Assembly: GCA_964057225.1 (NCBI GenBank)
Contig: OZ059894.1
Location: 20,770,001-20,834,000 of the forward strand
Direction of reading: 5' to 3'
Origin: Auanema rhodensis
Lineage: Eukaryota > Animalia > Nematoda
DNA: 64,000 bases
In this document: positions 11,801-26,676 of the stretch, in pieces
Position numbering within the stretch: position 1 is the stretch's first letter
How the letters are laid out: each line of letters starts with the position of its first letter
Position numbers and translations under genes: made by a program
Notes under the pieces: generated by a model
What the model saw: only the letters and a program-made list of their open reading frames with translations
Told to the model about the DNA's origin: nothing
Database searches by the model: none

Positions 11801-14391
11801 ATTCCATTTTTCAAGGCAAAGACGATGGACAATGTTATTCAACGAAAAAATTAATTCTTCAGGGTGAAAATCGAGGATATAAGTGTGAACTTATATCAGT
11901 TGATATCTCTGTGCATTTTTAAGCTAGCGCAAATCTGATAACACAGATCGACGCAACTTAAAAATCCGCATCGAATGCACTATACTACATTGAGAAACGC
12001 TTAATACAAAAATTAGTTATGATCGTTTGAAAAATGATGCATTAGTGTATGTTGAGTTTCCATGTACACTCAACATTGCTTCCAAAAACATTTTGACAAA
12101 AATTTTTTCGAAAAATTTCAGAATAATTTAGCAAAAAGTAGATGTTTTTAGATTCCATTTTTCAAGGCAAAGACGATGGACAATGTTATTCAACGAAAAA
12201 ATTAATTCTTCAGGGTGAAAATCGAGGATATAAGTGTGAACTTATATCAGTTGATATCTCGGTGCATTTTTAAGCTAGCGCAAATCTGATAACACAGATC
12301 GACGCAGCTCAAAAATCCGCATCGAATGCACTATACTACATTGAGAAACGCTTAATACAAAAATTAGTTATGATCGTTTGAAAAATGATGCATTAGTGTA
12401 TGTTGAGTTTCCATGTACACTTAACATTGCTTCCAAAAACATTTTGACAAAAATTTTTTCGAAAAATTTCAAAATAATTTAGCAAAAAGTAGATGTTTTT
12501 AGATTCCTTTTTTCAAGGCAAAGACGATGGACAATGTTATTCAACGAAAAAATTAATTCTTCAGGGTGAAAATCGAGGATAAAAGTGTGAACTTATATCA
12601 GTTGATATCTCGGTGCATTTTTAAGCTAGCGCAAATCTGATAACACAGATCGACGCAACTTAAAAATCCGCATCGAATGCACTATACTACATTGAGAAAC
12701 GCTTAATACAAAAATTAGTTATGATCGTTTGAAAAATGATGCATTAGTGTATGTTGAGTTTCCATGTACACTCAACATTGCTTCCAAAAACATTTTGACA
12801 AAAATTTTTTCGAAAAATTTCAAAATAATTTAGCAAAAAGTAGATGTTTTTAGATTCCTTTTTTCAAGGCAAAGACGATGGACAATGTTATTCAACGAAA
12901 AAATTAATTCATCAGGGTGAAAATCGAGTATATAAGTGTGAACTTATATCAGTTGATATCTCGGTGCATTTTTAAGCTAGCGCAAATCTGATAACACAGA
13001 TCGACGCAGCTTCAAAATCCGCATCGAATACACTATACTACATTGAGAAACGCTTAATACAAAAATTAGTTATGTTCGTTTGAAAAATGATGCATTAGTG
13101 TATGTTGAGTTTCCATGTACACTCAACATTGCTTCCAAAAACATTTTGACAAAAATTTTTTCGAAAAATTTCAAAATATTTTAGCAAAAAGTAGATGTTT
13201 TTAGATTCCTTTTCTCAAGGCAAAGACGATGGACAATGTTATTCAACGAAAAAATTAATTCTTCAGGGTGAAAATCGAGGATATAAGTGTGAACTTATAT
13301 CAGTTGATATCTCGGTGCATTTTTAAGCTAGCGCAAATCTGATAACACAGATCGACGCAACTTAAAAATCCGCATCGAATGCACTATACTACATTGAGAA
13401 ACGCTTAATACAAAAATTAGTTATGATCGTTTGAAAAATGATGCATTAGTGTATGTTGAGTTTCCATGTACACTCAACATTGCTTCCAAAAACATTTTGA
13501 CAAAAATTTTTTCGAAAAATTTCAGAATAATTTAGCAAAAAGTAGATGTTTTTAGATTCCATTTTTCAAGGCAAAGACGATGGACAATGTTATTCAACGA
13601 AAAAATTAATTCTTCAGGGTGAAAATCGAGGATATAAGTGTGAACTTATATCAGTTGATATCTCGGTGCATTTTTAAGCTAGCGCAAATCTGATAACACA
13701 GATCGACGCAGCTCAAAAATCCGCATCGAATGCACTATACTACATTGAGAAACGCTTAATACAAAAATTAGTTATGATCGTTTGAAAAATGATGCATTAG
13801 TGTATGTTGAGTTTCCATGTACACTCAACATTGCTTCCAAAAACATTTTGACAAAAATTTTTTCGAAAAATTTCGAAATAATTTAGCAAAAAGTAGATGT
13901 TTTTAGATTCCATTTTTCAAGGCAAAGACGATGGACAATGTTATTCAACGAAAAAATTAATTCTTCAGGGTGAAAATCGAGGATATAAGTGTGAACTTAT
14001 ATCAGTTGATATCTCTGTGCATTTTTAAGCTAGCGCAAATCTGATAACACAGATCGACGCAACTTAAAAATCCGCATCGAATGCACTATACTACATTGAG
14101 AAACGCTTAATACAAAAATTAGTTATGATCGTTTGAAAAATGATGCATTAGTGTATGTTGAGTTTCCATGTACACTCAACATTGCTTCCAAAAACATTTT
14201 GACAAAAATTTTTTCGAAAAATTTCAGAATAATTTAGCAAAAAGTAGATGTTTTTAGATTCCATTTTTCAAGGCAAAGACGATGGACAATGTTATTCAAC
14301 GAAAAAATTAATTCTTCAGGGTGAAAATCGAGGATATAAGTGTGAACTTATATCAGTTGATATCTCGGTGCATTTTTAAGCTAGCGCAAAT
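2809..14391. repeat. 6-monomer sub-repeat (2106 bp), four copies starting at 2809, 4915, 10180 and 12286
   Basis: The same ordered series recurs: CACTTAAC+GATAAAAG monomer, CATCAG+GAGTAT monomer, TGTTCG+TTCTC monomer, then CAGA / CGAA-CTCT / CAGA monomers. Confidence 0.85.
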
Positions 14392-17300
14392 CTGATAACA
14401 CAGATCGACGCAGCTCAAAACTCCGCATCGAATGCACTATACTACATTGAGAAACGCTTAATACAAAAATTAGTTATGATCGTTTGAAAAATGATGCATT
14501 AGTGTATGTTGAGTTTCCATGTACACTCAACATTGCTTCCAAAAACATTTTGACAAAAATTTTTTCGAAAAATTTCGAAATAATTTAGCAAAAAGTAGAT
14601 GTTTTTAGATTCCATTTTTCAAGGCAAAGACGATGGACAATGTTATTCAACGAAAAAATTAATTCTTCAGGGTGAAAATCGAGGATATAAGTGTGAACTT
14701 ATATCAGTTGATATCTCGGTGCATTTTTAAGCTAGCGCAAATCTGATAACACAGATCGACGCAACTTAAAAATCCGCATCGAATGCACTATACTACATTG
14801 AGAAACGCTTAATACAAAAATTAGTTATGATCGTTTGAAAAATGATGCATTAGTGTATGTTGAGTTTCCATGTACACTCAACATTGCTTCCAAAAACATT
14901 TTGACAAAAATTTTTTCGAAAAATTTCAAGATAATTTAGCAAAAAGTAGATGTTTTTAGATTCCTTTTCTCAAGGCAAAGACGATGGACAATGTTATTCA
15001 ACGAAAAAATTAATTCTTCAGGGTGAAAATCGAGGATATAAGTGTGAACTTATATCAGTTGATATCTCGGTGCATTTTTAAGCTAGCGCAAATCTGATAA
15101 CACAGATCGACGCAACTTAAAAATCCGCATCGAATGCACTATACTACATTGAGAAACGCTTAATACAAAAATTAGTTATGATCGTTTGAAAAATGATGCA
15201 TTAGTGTATGTTGAGTTTCCATGTACACTCAACATTGCTTCCAAAAACATTTTGACAAAAATTTTTTCGAGAAATTTCAAAATAATTTAGCAAAAAGTAG
15301 ATGTTTTTAGATTCCTTTTTTCAAGGCAAAGACGATGGACAATGTTATTCAACGAAAAAATTAATTCTTCAGGGTGAAAATCGAGGATATAAGTGTGAAC
15401 TTATATCAGTTGATATCTCGGTGCATTTTTAAGCTAGCGCAAATCTGATAACACAGATCGACGCAACTTAAAAATCCGCATCGAATGCACTATACTACAT
15501 TGAGAAACGCTTAATACAAAAATTAGTTATGATCGTTTGAAAAATGATGGATTAGTGTATGTTGAGTTTCCATGTACACTCAACATTGCTTCCAAAAACA
15601 TTTTGACAAAAATTTTTTCGAAAAATTTCAAAATAATTTAGCAAAAAGTAGATGTTTTTAGATTCCTTTTTTCAAGGCAAAGACGATGGACAATGTTATT
15701 CAACGAAAAAATTAATTCATCAGGGTGAAAATCGAGGATATAAGTGTGAACTTATATCAGTTGATATCTCGGTGCATTTTTAAGCTAGCGCAAATCTGAT
15801 AACACAGATCGACGCAGCTTCAAAATCCGCATCGAATACACTATACTACATTGAGAAACGCTTAATACAAAAATTAGTTATGTTCGTTTGAAAAATGATG
15901 CATTAGTGTATGTTGAGTTTCCATGTACACTCAACATTGCTTCCAAAAACATTTTGACAAAAATTTTTTCGAGAAATTTCAAAATATTTTAGCAAAAAGT
16001 AGATGTTTTTAGATTCCTTTTCTCAAGGCAAAGACGATGGACAATGTTATTCAACGAAAAAATTAATTCTTCAGGGTGAAAATCGAGGATATAAGTGTGA
16101 ACTTATATCAGTTGATATCTCGGTGCATTTTTAAGCTAGCGCAAATCTGATAACACAGATCGACGCAACTTAAAAATCCGCATCGAATGCACTATACTAC
16201 ATTGAGAAACGCTTAATACAAAAATTAGTTATGATCGTTTGAAAAATGATGCATTAGTGTATGTTGAGTTTCCATGTACACTCAACATTGCTTCCAAAAA
16301 CATTTTGACAAAAATTTTTTCGAAAAATTTCAAAATAATTTAGCAAAAAGTAGATGTTTTTAGATTCCTTTTTTCAAGGCAAAGACGATGGACAATGTTA
16401 TTCAACGAAAAAATTAATTCATCAGGGTGAAAATCGAGGATATAAGTGTGAACTTATATCAGTTGATATCTCGGTGCATTTTTAAGCTAGCGCAAATCTG
16501 ATAACACAGATCGACGCAACTTAAAAATCCGCATCGAATGCACTATACTACATTGAGAAACGCTTAATACAAAAAATAGTTATGATCGTTTGAAAAATGA
16601 TGCATTAGTGTATGTTGAGTTTCCATGTACACTCAACATTGCTTCCAAAAACATTTTGACAAAAATTTTTTCGAAAAATTTCAAAATAATTTAGCAAAAA
16701 GTAGATGTTTTTAGATTCCATTGTTCAAGGCAAAGACGATGGACAATGTTATTCAACGAAAAAATTGATTCATCAGGGTGAAAATCGAGGATATAAGTGT
16801 GAACTTATATCAGTTGATATCTCGGTGCATTTTTAAGCTAGCGCAAATCTGATAACACAGATCGACGCAACTTAAAAATCCGCATCGAATGCACTATACT
16901 ACATTGAGAAACGCTTAATACAAAAATTAGTTATGATCGTTTGAAAAATGATGCATTAGTGTATGTTGAGTTTCCATGTACACTCAACATTGCTTCCAAA
17001 AACATTTTGACAAAAATTTTTTCGAAAAATTTCAAGATAATTTAGCAAAAAGTAGATGTTTTTAGATTCCTTTTCTCAAGGCAAAGACGATGGACAATGT
17101 TATTCAACGAAAAAATTAATTCTTCAGGGTGAAAATCGAGGATATAAGTGTGAACTTATATCAGTTGATATCTCGGTGCATTTTTAAGCTAGCGCAAATC
17201 TGATAACACAGATCGACGCAACTTAAAAATCCGCATCGAATGCACTATACTACATTGAGAAACGCTTAATACAAAAATTAGTTATGATCGTTTGAAAAAT

Positions 17301-20007
17301 GATGCATTAGTGTATGTTGAGTTTCCATGTACACTCAACATTGCTTCCAAAAACATTTTGACAAAAATTTTTTCGAAAAATTTCAAAATAATTTAGCAAA
17401 AAGTAGATGTTTTTAGATTCCTTTTTTCAAGGCAAAAACGATGGACAATGTTATTCAACGAAAAAATTAATTCTTCAGGGTGAAAATCGAGGATAAAAGT
17501 GTGAACTTATATCAGTTGATATCTCGGTGCATTTTTAAGCTAGCGCAAATCTGATAACACAGATCGACGCAGCTTAAAAATCCGCATCGAATGCACTATA
17601 CTACATTGAGAAACGCTTAATACAAAAATTAGTTATGATCGTTTGAAAAATGATGCATTAGTGTATGTTGAGTTTCCATGTACACTCAACATTGCTTCCA
17701 AAAACATTTTGACAAAAATTTTTTCGAAAAATTTCGAAATAATTTAGCAAAAAGTAGATGTTTTTAGATTCCATTTTTCAAGGCAAAGACGATGGACAAT
17801 GTTATTCAACGAAAAAATTAATTCTTCAGGGTGAAAATCGAGGATATAAGTGTGAACTTATATCAGTTGATATCTCGGTGCATTTTTAAGCTAGCGCAAA
17901 TCTGATAACACAGATCGACGCAGCTTCAAAATCCGCATCGAATGCACTATACTACATTGAGAAACGCTTAATACAAAAATTAGTTATGATCGTTTGAAAA
18001 ATGATGCATTAGTGTATGTTGAGTTTCCATGTACACTCAACATTGCTTCCAAAAACATTTTGACAAAAATTTTTTCGAGAAATTTCAAAATAATTCAGCA
18101 AAAAGTAGATGTTTTTAGATTCCTTTTTTCAAGGCAAAAACGATGGACAATGTTATTCAACGAAAAAATTAATTCTTCAGGGTGAAAATCGAGGATATAA
18201 GTGTGAACTTATATCAGTTGATATCTCGGTGAATTTTTAAGCTAGCGCGAATCTGATAACACAGATCGACGCAGCTTAAAAATCCGCATCGAATGCACTA
18301 TACTACATTGAGAAACGCTTAATACAAAAATTAGTTATGATCGTTTGAAAAATGATGCATTAGTGTATGTTGAGTTTCCATGTACACTCAACATTGCTTC
18401 CAAAAACATTTTGACAAAAATTTTTTCGAGAAATTTCAAAATAATTTAGCAAAAAGTAGATGTTTTTAGATTCCTTTTTTCAAGGCAAAGACGATGGACA
18501 ATGTTATTCAACGAAAAAATTAATTCTTCAGGGTGAAAATCGAGGATATAAGTGTGAACTTATATCAGTTGATATCTCTGTGCATTTTTAAGCTAGCGCA
18601 AATCTGATAACACAGATCGACGCAGCTTCAAAATCCGCATCGAATGCACTATACTACATTGAGAAACGCTTAATACAAAAATTAGTTATGATCGTTTGAA
18701 AAATGATGCATTAGTGTATGTTGAGTTTCCATGTACACTCAACATTGCTTCCAAAAACATTTTGACAAAAATTTTTTCGAAAAATTTCGAAATAATTTAG
18801 CAAAAAGTAGATGTTTTTAGATTCCATTTTTCAAGGCAAAGACGATGGACAATGTTATTCAACGAAAAAATTAATTCTTCAGGGTGAAAATCGAGGATAT
18901 AAGTGTGAACTTATATCAGTTGATATCTCGGTGAATTTTTAAGCTAGCGCGAATCTGATAACACAGATCGACGCAGCTTAAAAATCCGCATCGAATGCAC
19001 TATACTACATTGAGAAACGCTTAATACAAAAATTAGTTATGATCGTTTGAAAAATGATGCATTAGTGTATGTTGAGTTTCCATGTACACTCAACATTGCT
19101 TCCAAAAACATTTTGACAAAAATTTTTTCGAAAAATTTCAGAATAATTTAGCAAAAAGTAGATGTTTTTAGATTCCATTTTTCAAGGCAAAGACGATGGA
19201 CAATGTTATTCAACGAAAAAATTAATTCTTCAGGGTGAAAATCGAGGATATAAGTGTGAACTTATATCAGTTGATATCTCGGTGCATTTTTAAGCTAGCG
19301 CAAATCTGATAACACAGATCGACGCAGCTCAAAAATCCGCATCGAATGCACTATACTACATTGAGAAACGCTTAATACAAAAATTAGTTATGATCGTTTG
19401 AAAAATGATGCATTAGTGTATGTTGAGTTTCCATGTACACTCAACATTGCTTCCAAAAACATTTTGACAAAAATTTTTTCGAAAAATTTCGAAATAATTT
19501 AGCAAAAAGTAGATGTTTTTAGATTCCATTTTTCAAGGCAAAGACGATGGACAATGTTATTCAACGAAAAAATTAATTCTTCAGGGTGAAAATCGAGGAT
19601 ATAAGTGTGAACTTATATCAGTTGATATCTCTGTGCATTTTTAAGCTAGCGCAAATCTGATAACACAGATCGACGCAACTTGAAAATCCGCATCGAATGC
19701 ACTATACTACATTGAGAAACGCTTAATACAAAAATTAGTTATGATCGTTTGAAAAATGATGCATTAGTGTATGTTGAGTTTCCATGTACACTCAACATTG
19801 CTTCCAAAAACATTTTGACAAAAATTTTTTCGAAAAATTTCAAAATAATTTAGCAAAAAGTAGATGTTTTTAGATTCCTTTTTTCAAGGCAAAGACGATG
19901 GACAATGTTATTCAACGAAAAAATTAATTCATCAGGGTGAAAATCGAGGATATAAGTGTGAACTTATATCAGTTGATATCTCGGTGCATTTTTAAGCTAG
20001 CGCAAAT

Positions 20008-23000
20008 CTGATAACACAGATCGACGCAGCTTCAAAATCCGCATCGAATGCACTATACTACATTGAGAAACGCTTAATACAAAAATTAGTTATGATCGTT
20101 TGAAAAATGATGCATTAGTGTATGTTGAGTTTCCTTGTACACTCAACATTGCTTCCAAAAACATTTTGACAAAAATTTTTTCGAGAAATTTCAAAATAAT
20201 TTAGCAAAAAGTAGATGTTTTTAGATTCCTTTTTTCAAGGCAAAGACGATGGACAATGTTATTCAACGAAAAAATTAATTCTTCAGGGTGAAAATCGAGG
20301 ATATAAGTGTGAACTTATATCAGTTGATATCTCGGTGCATTTTTAAGCTAGCGCAAATCTGATAACACAGATCGACGCAACTTAAAAATCCGCATCGAAT
20401 GCACTATACTACATTGAGAAACGCTTAATACAAAAATTAGTTATGATCGTTTGAAAAATGATGCATTAGTGTATGTTGAGTTTCCATGTACACTCAACAT
20501 TGCTTCCAAAAACATTTTGACAAAAATTTTTTCGAAAAATTTCAAAATAATTTAGCAAAAAGTAGATGTTTTTAGATTCCTTTTTTCAAGGCAAAGACGA
20601 TGGACAATGTTATTCAACGAAAAAATTAATTCATCAGGGTGAAAATCGAGGATATAAGTGTGAACTTATATCAGTTGATATCTCGGTGCATTTTTAAGCT
20701 AGCGCAAATCTGATAACACAGATCGACGCAGCTTCAAAATCCGCATCGAATACACTATACTACATTGAGAAACGCTTAATACAAAAATTAGTTATGTTCG
20801 TTTGAAAAATGATGCATTAGTGTATGTTGAGTTTCCATGTACACTCAACATTGCTTCCAAAAACATTTTGACAAAAATTTTTTCGAGAAATTTCAAAATA
20901 TTTTAGCAAAAAGTAGATGTTTTTAGATTCCTTTTCTCAAGGCAAAGACGATGGACAATGTTATTCAACGAAAAAATTAATTCTTCAGGGTGAAAATCGA
21001 GGATATAAGTGTGAACTTATATCAGTTGATATCTCGGTGCATTTTTAAGCTAGCGCAAATCTGATAACACAGATCGACGCAACTTAAAAATCCGCATCGA
21101 ATGCACTATACTACATTGAGAAACGCTTATTACAAAAATTAGTTATGATCGTTTGAAAAATGATGCATTAGTGTATGTTGAGTTTCCATGTACACTCAAC
21201 ATTGCTTCCAAAAACATTTTGACAAAAATTTTTTCGAAAAATTTCAAAATAATTTAGCAAAAAGTAGATGTTTTTAGATTCCATTTTTCAAGGCAAAGAC
21301 GATGGACAATGTTATTCAACGAAAAAATTGATTCTTCAGGGTGAAAATCGAGGATATGAGTGTGAACTTATATCAGTTGATATCTCGGTGCATTTTTAAG
21401 CTAGCGCAAATCTGATGACACAGATCGACGCAGCTTAAAAATCCGCATCGAATGCACTATACTACATTGAGAAACGCTTAATACAAAAATTAGTTATGAT
21501 CGTTTGAAAAATGATGCATTAGTGTATGTTGAGTTTCCATGTACACTCAACATTGCTTCCAAAAACATTTTGACAAAAATTTTTTCGAAAAATTTCAAAA
21601 TAATTTAGCAAAAAGTAGATGTTTTTAGATTCCATTTTTCAAGGCAAAGACGATGGACAATGTTATTCAACGAAAAAATTGATTCTTCAGGGTGAAAATC
21701 GAGGATATAAGTGTGAACTTATATCAGTTGATATCTCGGTGCATTTTTAAGCTAGCGCAAATCTGATAACACAGATCGACGCAACTTAAAAATCCGCATC
21801 GAATGCACTATACTACATTGAGAAACGCTTAATACAAAAATTAGTTATGATCGTTTGAAAAATGATGCATTAGTGTATGTTGAGTTTCCATGTACACTCA
21901 ACATTGCTTCCAAAAACATTTTGACAAAAATTTTTTCGAAAAATTTCAAAATAATTTAGCAAAAAGTAGATGTTTTTAGATCCCATTTTTCAAGGCAAAG
22001 ACGATGGACAATGTTATTCAACGAAAAAATTGATTCTTCAGGGTGAAAATCGAGGATATAAGTGTGAACTTATATCAGTTGATATCTCGGTGCATTTTTA
22101 AGCTAGCGCAAATCTGATAACACAGATCGACGCAACTTAAAAATCCGCATCGAATGCACTATACTACATTGAGAAACGCTTAATACAAAAATTAGTTATG
22201 ATCGTTTGAAAAATGATGCATTAGTGTATGTTGAGTTTCCATGTACACTCAACATTGCTTCCAAAAACATTTTGACAAAAATTTTTTCGAAAAATTTCAA
22301 AATAATTTAGCAAAAAGTAGATGTTTTTAGATTCCATTTTTCAAGGCAAAGACGATGGACAATGTTATTCAACGAAAAAATTGATTCTTCAGGGTGAAAA
22401 TCGAGGATATAAGTGTGAACTTATATCAGTTGATATCTCGGTGCATTTTTAAGCTAGCGCAAATCTGATAACACAGATCGACGCAGCTTAAAAATCCGCA
22501 TCGAATGCACTATACTACATTGAGAAACGCTTAATACAAAAATTAGTTATGATCGTTTGAAAAATGATGCATTAGTGTATGTTGAGTTTCCATGTACACT
22601 CAACATTGCTTCCAAAAACATTTTGACAAAAATTTTTTCGAAAAATTTCAAGATAATTTAGCAAAAAGTAGATGTTTTTAGATTCCTTTTTTCAAGGCAA
22701 AGACGATGGACAATGTTATTCAACGAAAAAATTAATTCTTCAGGGTGAAAATCGAGGATATAAGTGTGAACTTATATCAGTTGATATCTCGGTGCATTTT
22801 TAAGCTAGCGCAAATCTGATAACACAGATCGACGCAACTTAAAAATCCGCATCGAATGCACTATACTACATTGAGAAACGCTTAATACAAAAATTAGTTA
22901 TGATCGTTTGAAAAATGATGCATTAGTGTATGTTGAGTTTCCATGTACACTCAACATTGCTTCCAAAAACATTTTGACAAAAATTTTTTCGAAAAATTTC

Positions 23001-25974
23001 AAAATAATTTAGCAAAAAGTAGATGTTTTTAGATTCCATTTTTCAAGGCAAAGACGATGGACAATGTTATTCAACGAAAAAATTGATTCTTCAGGGTGAA
23101 AATCGAGGATATAAGTGTGAACTTATATCAGTTGATATCTCGGTGCATTTTTAAGCTAGCGCAAATCTGATAACACAGATCGACGCAGCTTAAAAATCCG
23201 CATCGAATGCACTATACTACATTGAGAAACGCTTAATACAAAAATTAGTTATGATCGTTTGAAAAATGATGCATTAGTGTATGTTGAGTTTCCATGTACA
23301 CTCAACATTGCTTCCAAAAACATTTTGACAAAAATTTTTTCGAAAAATTTCAAAATAATTTAGCAAAAAGTAGATGTTTTTAGATTCCTTTTTTCAAGGC
23401 AAAGACGATGGACAATGTTATTCAACGAAAAAATTAATTCATCAGGGTGAAAATCGAGGATATAAGTGTGAACTTATATCAGTTGATATCTCGGTGCATT
23501 TTTAAGCTAGCGCAAATCTGATAACACAGATCGACGCAGCTTCAAAATCCGCATCGAATGCACTATACTACATTGAGAAACGCTTAATACAAAAATTAGT
23601 TATGATCGTTTGAAAAATGATGCATTAGTGTATGTTGAGTTTCCTTGTACACTCAACATTGCTTCCAAAAACATTTTGACAAAAATTTTTTCGAGAAATT
23701 TCAAAATAATTTAGCAAAAAGTAGATGTTTTTAGATTCCTTTTTTCAAGGCAAAGACGATGGACAATGTTATTCAACGAAAAAATTAATTCTTCAGGGTG
23801 AAAATCGAGGATATAAGTGTGAACTTATATCAGTTGATATCTCGGTGCATTTTTAAGCTAGCGCAAATCTGATAACACAGATCGACGCAACTTAAAAATC
23901 CGCATCGAATGCACTATACTACATTGAGAAACGCTTAATACAAAAATTAGTTATGATCGTTTGAAAAATGATGCATTAGTGTATGTTGAGTTTCCATGTA
24001 CACTCAACATTGCTTCCAAAAACATTTTGACAAAAATTTTTTCGAAAAATTTCAAAATAATTTAGCAAAAAGTAGATGTTTTTAGATTCCTTTTTTCAAG
24101 GCAAAGACGATGGACAATGTTATTCAACGAAAAAATTAATTCATCAGGGTGAAAATCGAGGATATAAGTGTGAACTTATATCAGTTGATATCTCGGTGCA
24201 TTTTTAAGCTAGCGCAAATCTGATAACACAGATCGACGCAGCTTCAAAATCCGCATCGAATACACTATACTACATTGAGAAACGCTTAATACAAAAATTA
24301 GTTATGTTCGTTTGAAAAATGATGCATTAGTGTATGTTGAGTTTCCATGTACACTCAACATTGCTTCCAAAAACATTTTGACAAAAATTTTTTCGAGAAA
24401 TTTCAAAATATTTTAGCAAAAAGTAGATGTTTTTAGATTCCTTTTCTCAAGGCAAAGACGATGGACAATGTTATTCAACGAAAAAATTAATTCTTCAGGG
24501 TGAAAATCGAGGATATAAGTGTGAACTTATATCAGTTGATATCTCGGTGCATTTTTAAGCTAGCGCAAATCTGATAACACAGATCGACGCAACTTAAAAA
24601 TCCGCATCGAATGCACTATACTACATTGAGAAACGCTTATTACAAAAATTAGTTATGATCGTTTGAAAAATGATGCATTAGTGTATGTTGAGTTTCCATG
24701 TACACTCAACATTGCTTCCAAAAACATTTTGACAAAAATTTTTTCGAAAAATTTCAAAATAATTTAGCAAAAAGTAGATGTTTTTAGATTCCATTTTTCA
24801 AGGCAAAGACGATGGACAATGTTATTCAACGAAAAAATTGATTCTTCAGGGTGAAAATCGAGGATATGAGTGTGAACTTATATCAGTTGATATCTCGGTG
24901 CATTTTTAAGCTAGCGCAAATCTGATGACACAGATCGACGCAGCTTAAAAATCCGCATCGAATGCACTATACTACATTGAGAAACGCTTAATACAAAAAT
25001 TAGTTATGATCGTTTGAAAAATGATGCATTAGTGTATGTTGAGTTTCCATGTACACTCAACATTGCTTCCAAAAACATTTTGACAAAAATTTTTTCGAAA
25101 AATTTCAAAATAATTTAGCAAAAAGTAGATGTTTTTAGATTCCATTTTTCAAGGCAAAGACGATGGACAATGTTATTCAACGAAAAAATTGATTCTTCAG
25201 GGTGAAAATCGAGGATATAAGTGTGAACTTATATCAGTTGATATCTCGGTGCATTTTTAAGCTAGCGCAAATCTGATAACACAGATCGACGCAACTTAAA
25301 AATCCGCATCGAATGCACTATACTACATTGAGAAACGCTTAATACAAAAATTAGTTATGATCGTTTGAAAAATGATGCATTAGTGTATGTTGAGTTTCCA
25401 TGTACACTCAACATTGCTTCCAAAAACATTTTGACAAAAATTTTTTCGAAAAATTTCAAAATAATTTAGCAAAAAGTAGATGTTTTTAGATTCCATTTTT
25501 CAAGGCAAAGACGATGGACAATGTTATTCAACAAAAAAATTGATTCTTCAGGGTGAAAATCGAGGATATAAGTGTGAACTTATATCAGTTGATATCTCGG
25601 TGCATTTTTAAGCTAGCGCAAATCTGATAACACAGATCGACGCAACTTAAAAATCCGCATCGAATGCACTATACTACATTGAGAAACGCTTAATACAAAA
25701 ATTAGTTATGATCGTTTGAAAAATGATGCATTAGTGTATGTTGAGTTTCCATGTACACTCAACATTGCTTCCAAAAACATTTTGACAAAAATTTTTTCGA
25801 AAAATTTCAAAATAATTTAGCAAAAAGTAGATGTTTTTAGATTCCATTTTTCAAGGCAAAGACGATGGACAATGTTATTCAACGAAAAAATTGATTCTTC
25901 AGGGTGAAAATCGAGGATATAAGTGTGAACTTATATCAGTTGATATCTCGGTGCATTTTTAAGCTAGCGCAAAT
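20008..25974. repeat. 10-monomer-offset duplication (M58-M64 repeated as M68-M74, 3510 bp offset)
   Basis: TTCCTTG (20135/23645), CTTATT (21130/24640), GATATGAG and CTGATGAC (21412/24922) all recur at +3510, and again in 76-mer copy 2. Confidence 0.9.
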
Positions 25975-26676
25975 CTGATAACACAGATCGACGCAACTTA
26001 AAAATCCGCATCGAATGCACTATACTACATTGAGAAACGCTTAATACAAAAATTAGTTATGATCGTTTGAAAAATGATGCATTAGTGTATGTTCAGTTTC
26101 CATGTACACTCAACATTGCTTCCAAAAACATTTTGACAAAAATTTTTTCGAAAAATTTCAAAATAATTTAGCAAAAAGTAGATGTTTTTAGATTCCTTTT
26201 TTCAAGGCAAAGACGATGGACAATGTTATTCAACGAAAAAATTAATTCTTCAGGGTGAAAATCGAGGATATAAGTGTGAACTTATATCAGTTGATATCTC
26301 GGTGCATTTTTAAGCTAGCGCAAATCTGATAACACAGATCGACGCAACTTAAAAATCCGCATCGAATGCACTATACTACATTGAGAAACGCTTAATACAA
26401 AAATTAGTTATGATCGTTTGAAAAATGATGCATTAGTGTATGTTGAGTTTCCATGTACACTCAACATTGCTTCCAAAAACATTTTGACAAAAATTTTTTC
26501 GAAAAATTTCAAAATAATTTAGCAAAAAGTAGATGTTTTTAGATTCCATTTTTTAAGGCAAAGACGATGGACAACGTTATTCAACGAAAAAATTGATTCT
26601 TCAGGGTGAAAATCGAAGATATAAGTGTAAACTTATATCAGTTGATATCTCGGTGCATTTTTAAGCTAGCGCAAAT

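Larger units (their letters stand above)
2458..15950. repeat. 20/21-monomer block duplication: M8-M26(5' part) repeated as M29-M46(5' part)
   Basis: ORF monomers at 2550 and 9921 are 7371 bp (21 monomers) apart. The later markers AAAACTCC (7401/14421) and TGATGG (8530/15550) are 7020 bp (20 monomers) apart, because M19 is extra in the first copy. Confidence 0.9.
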
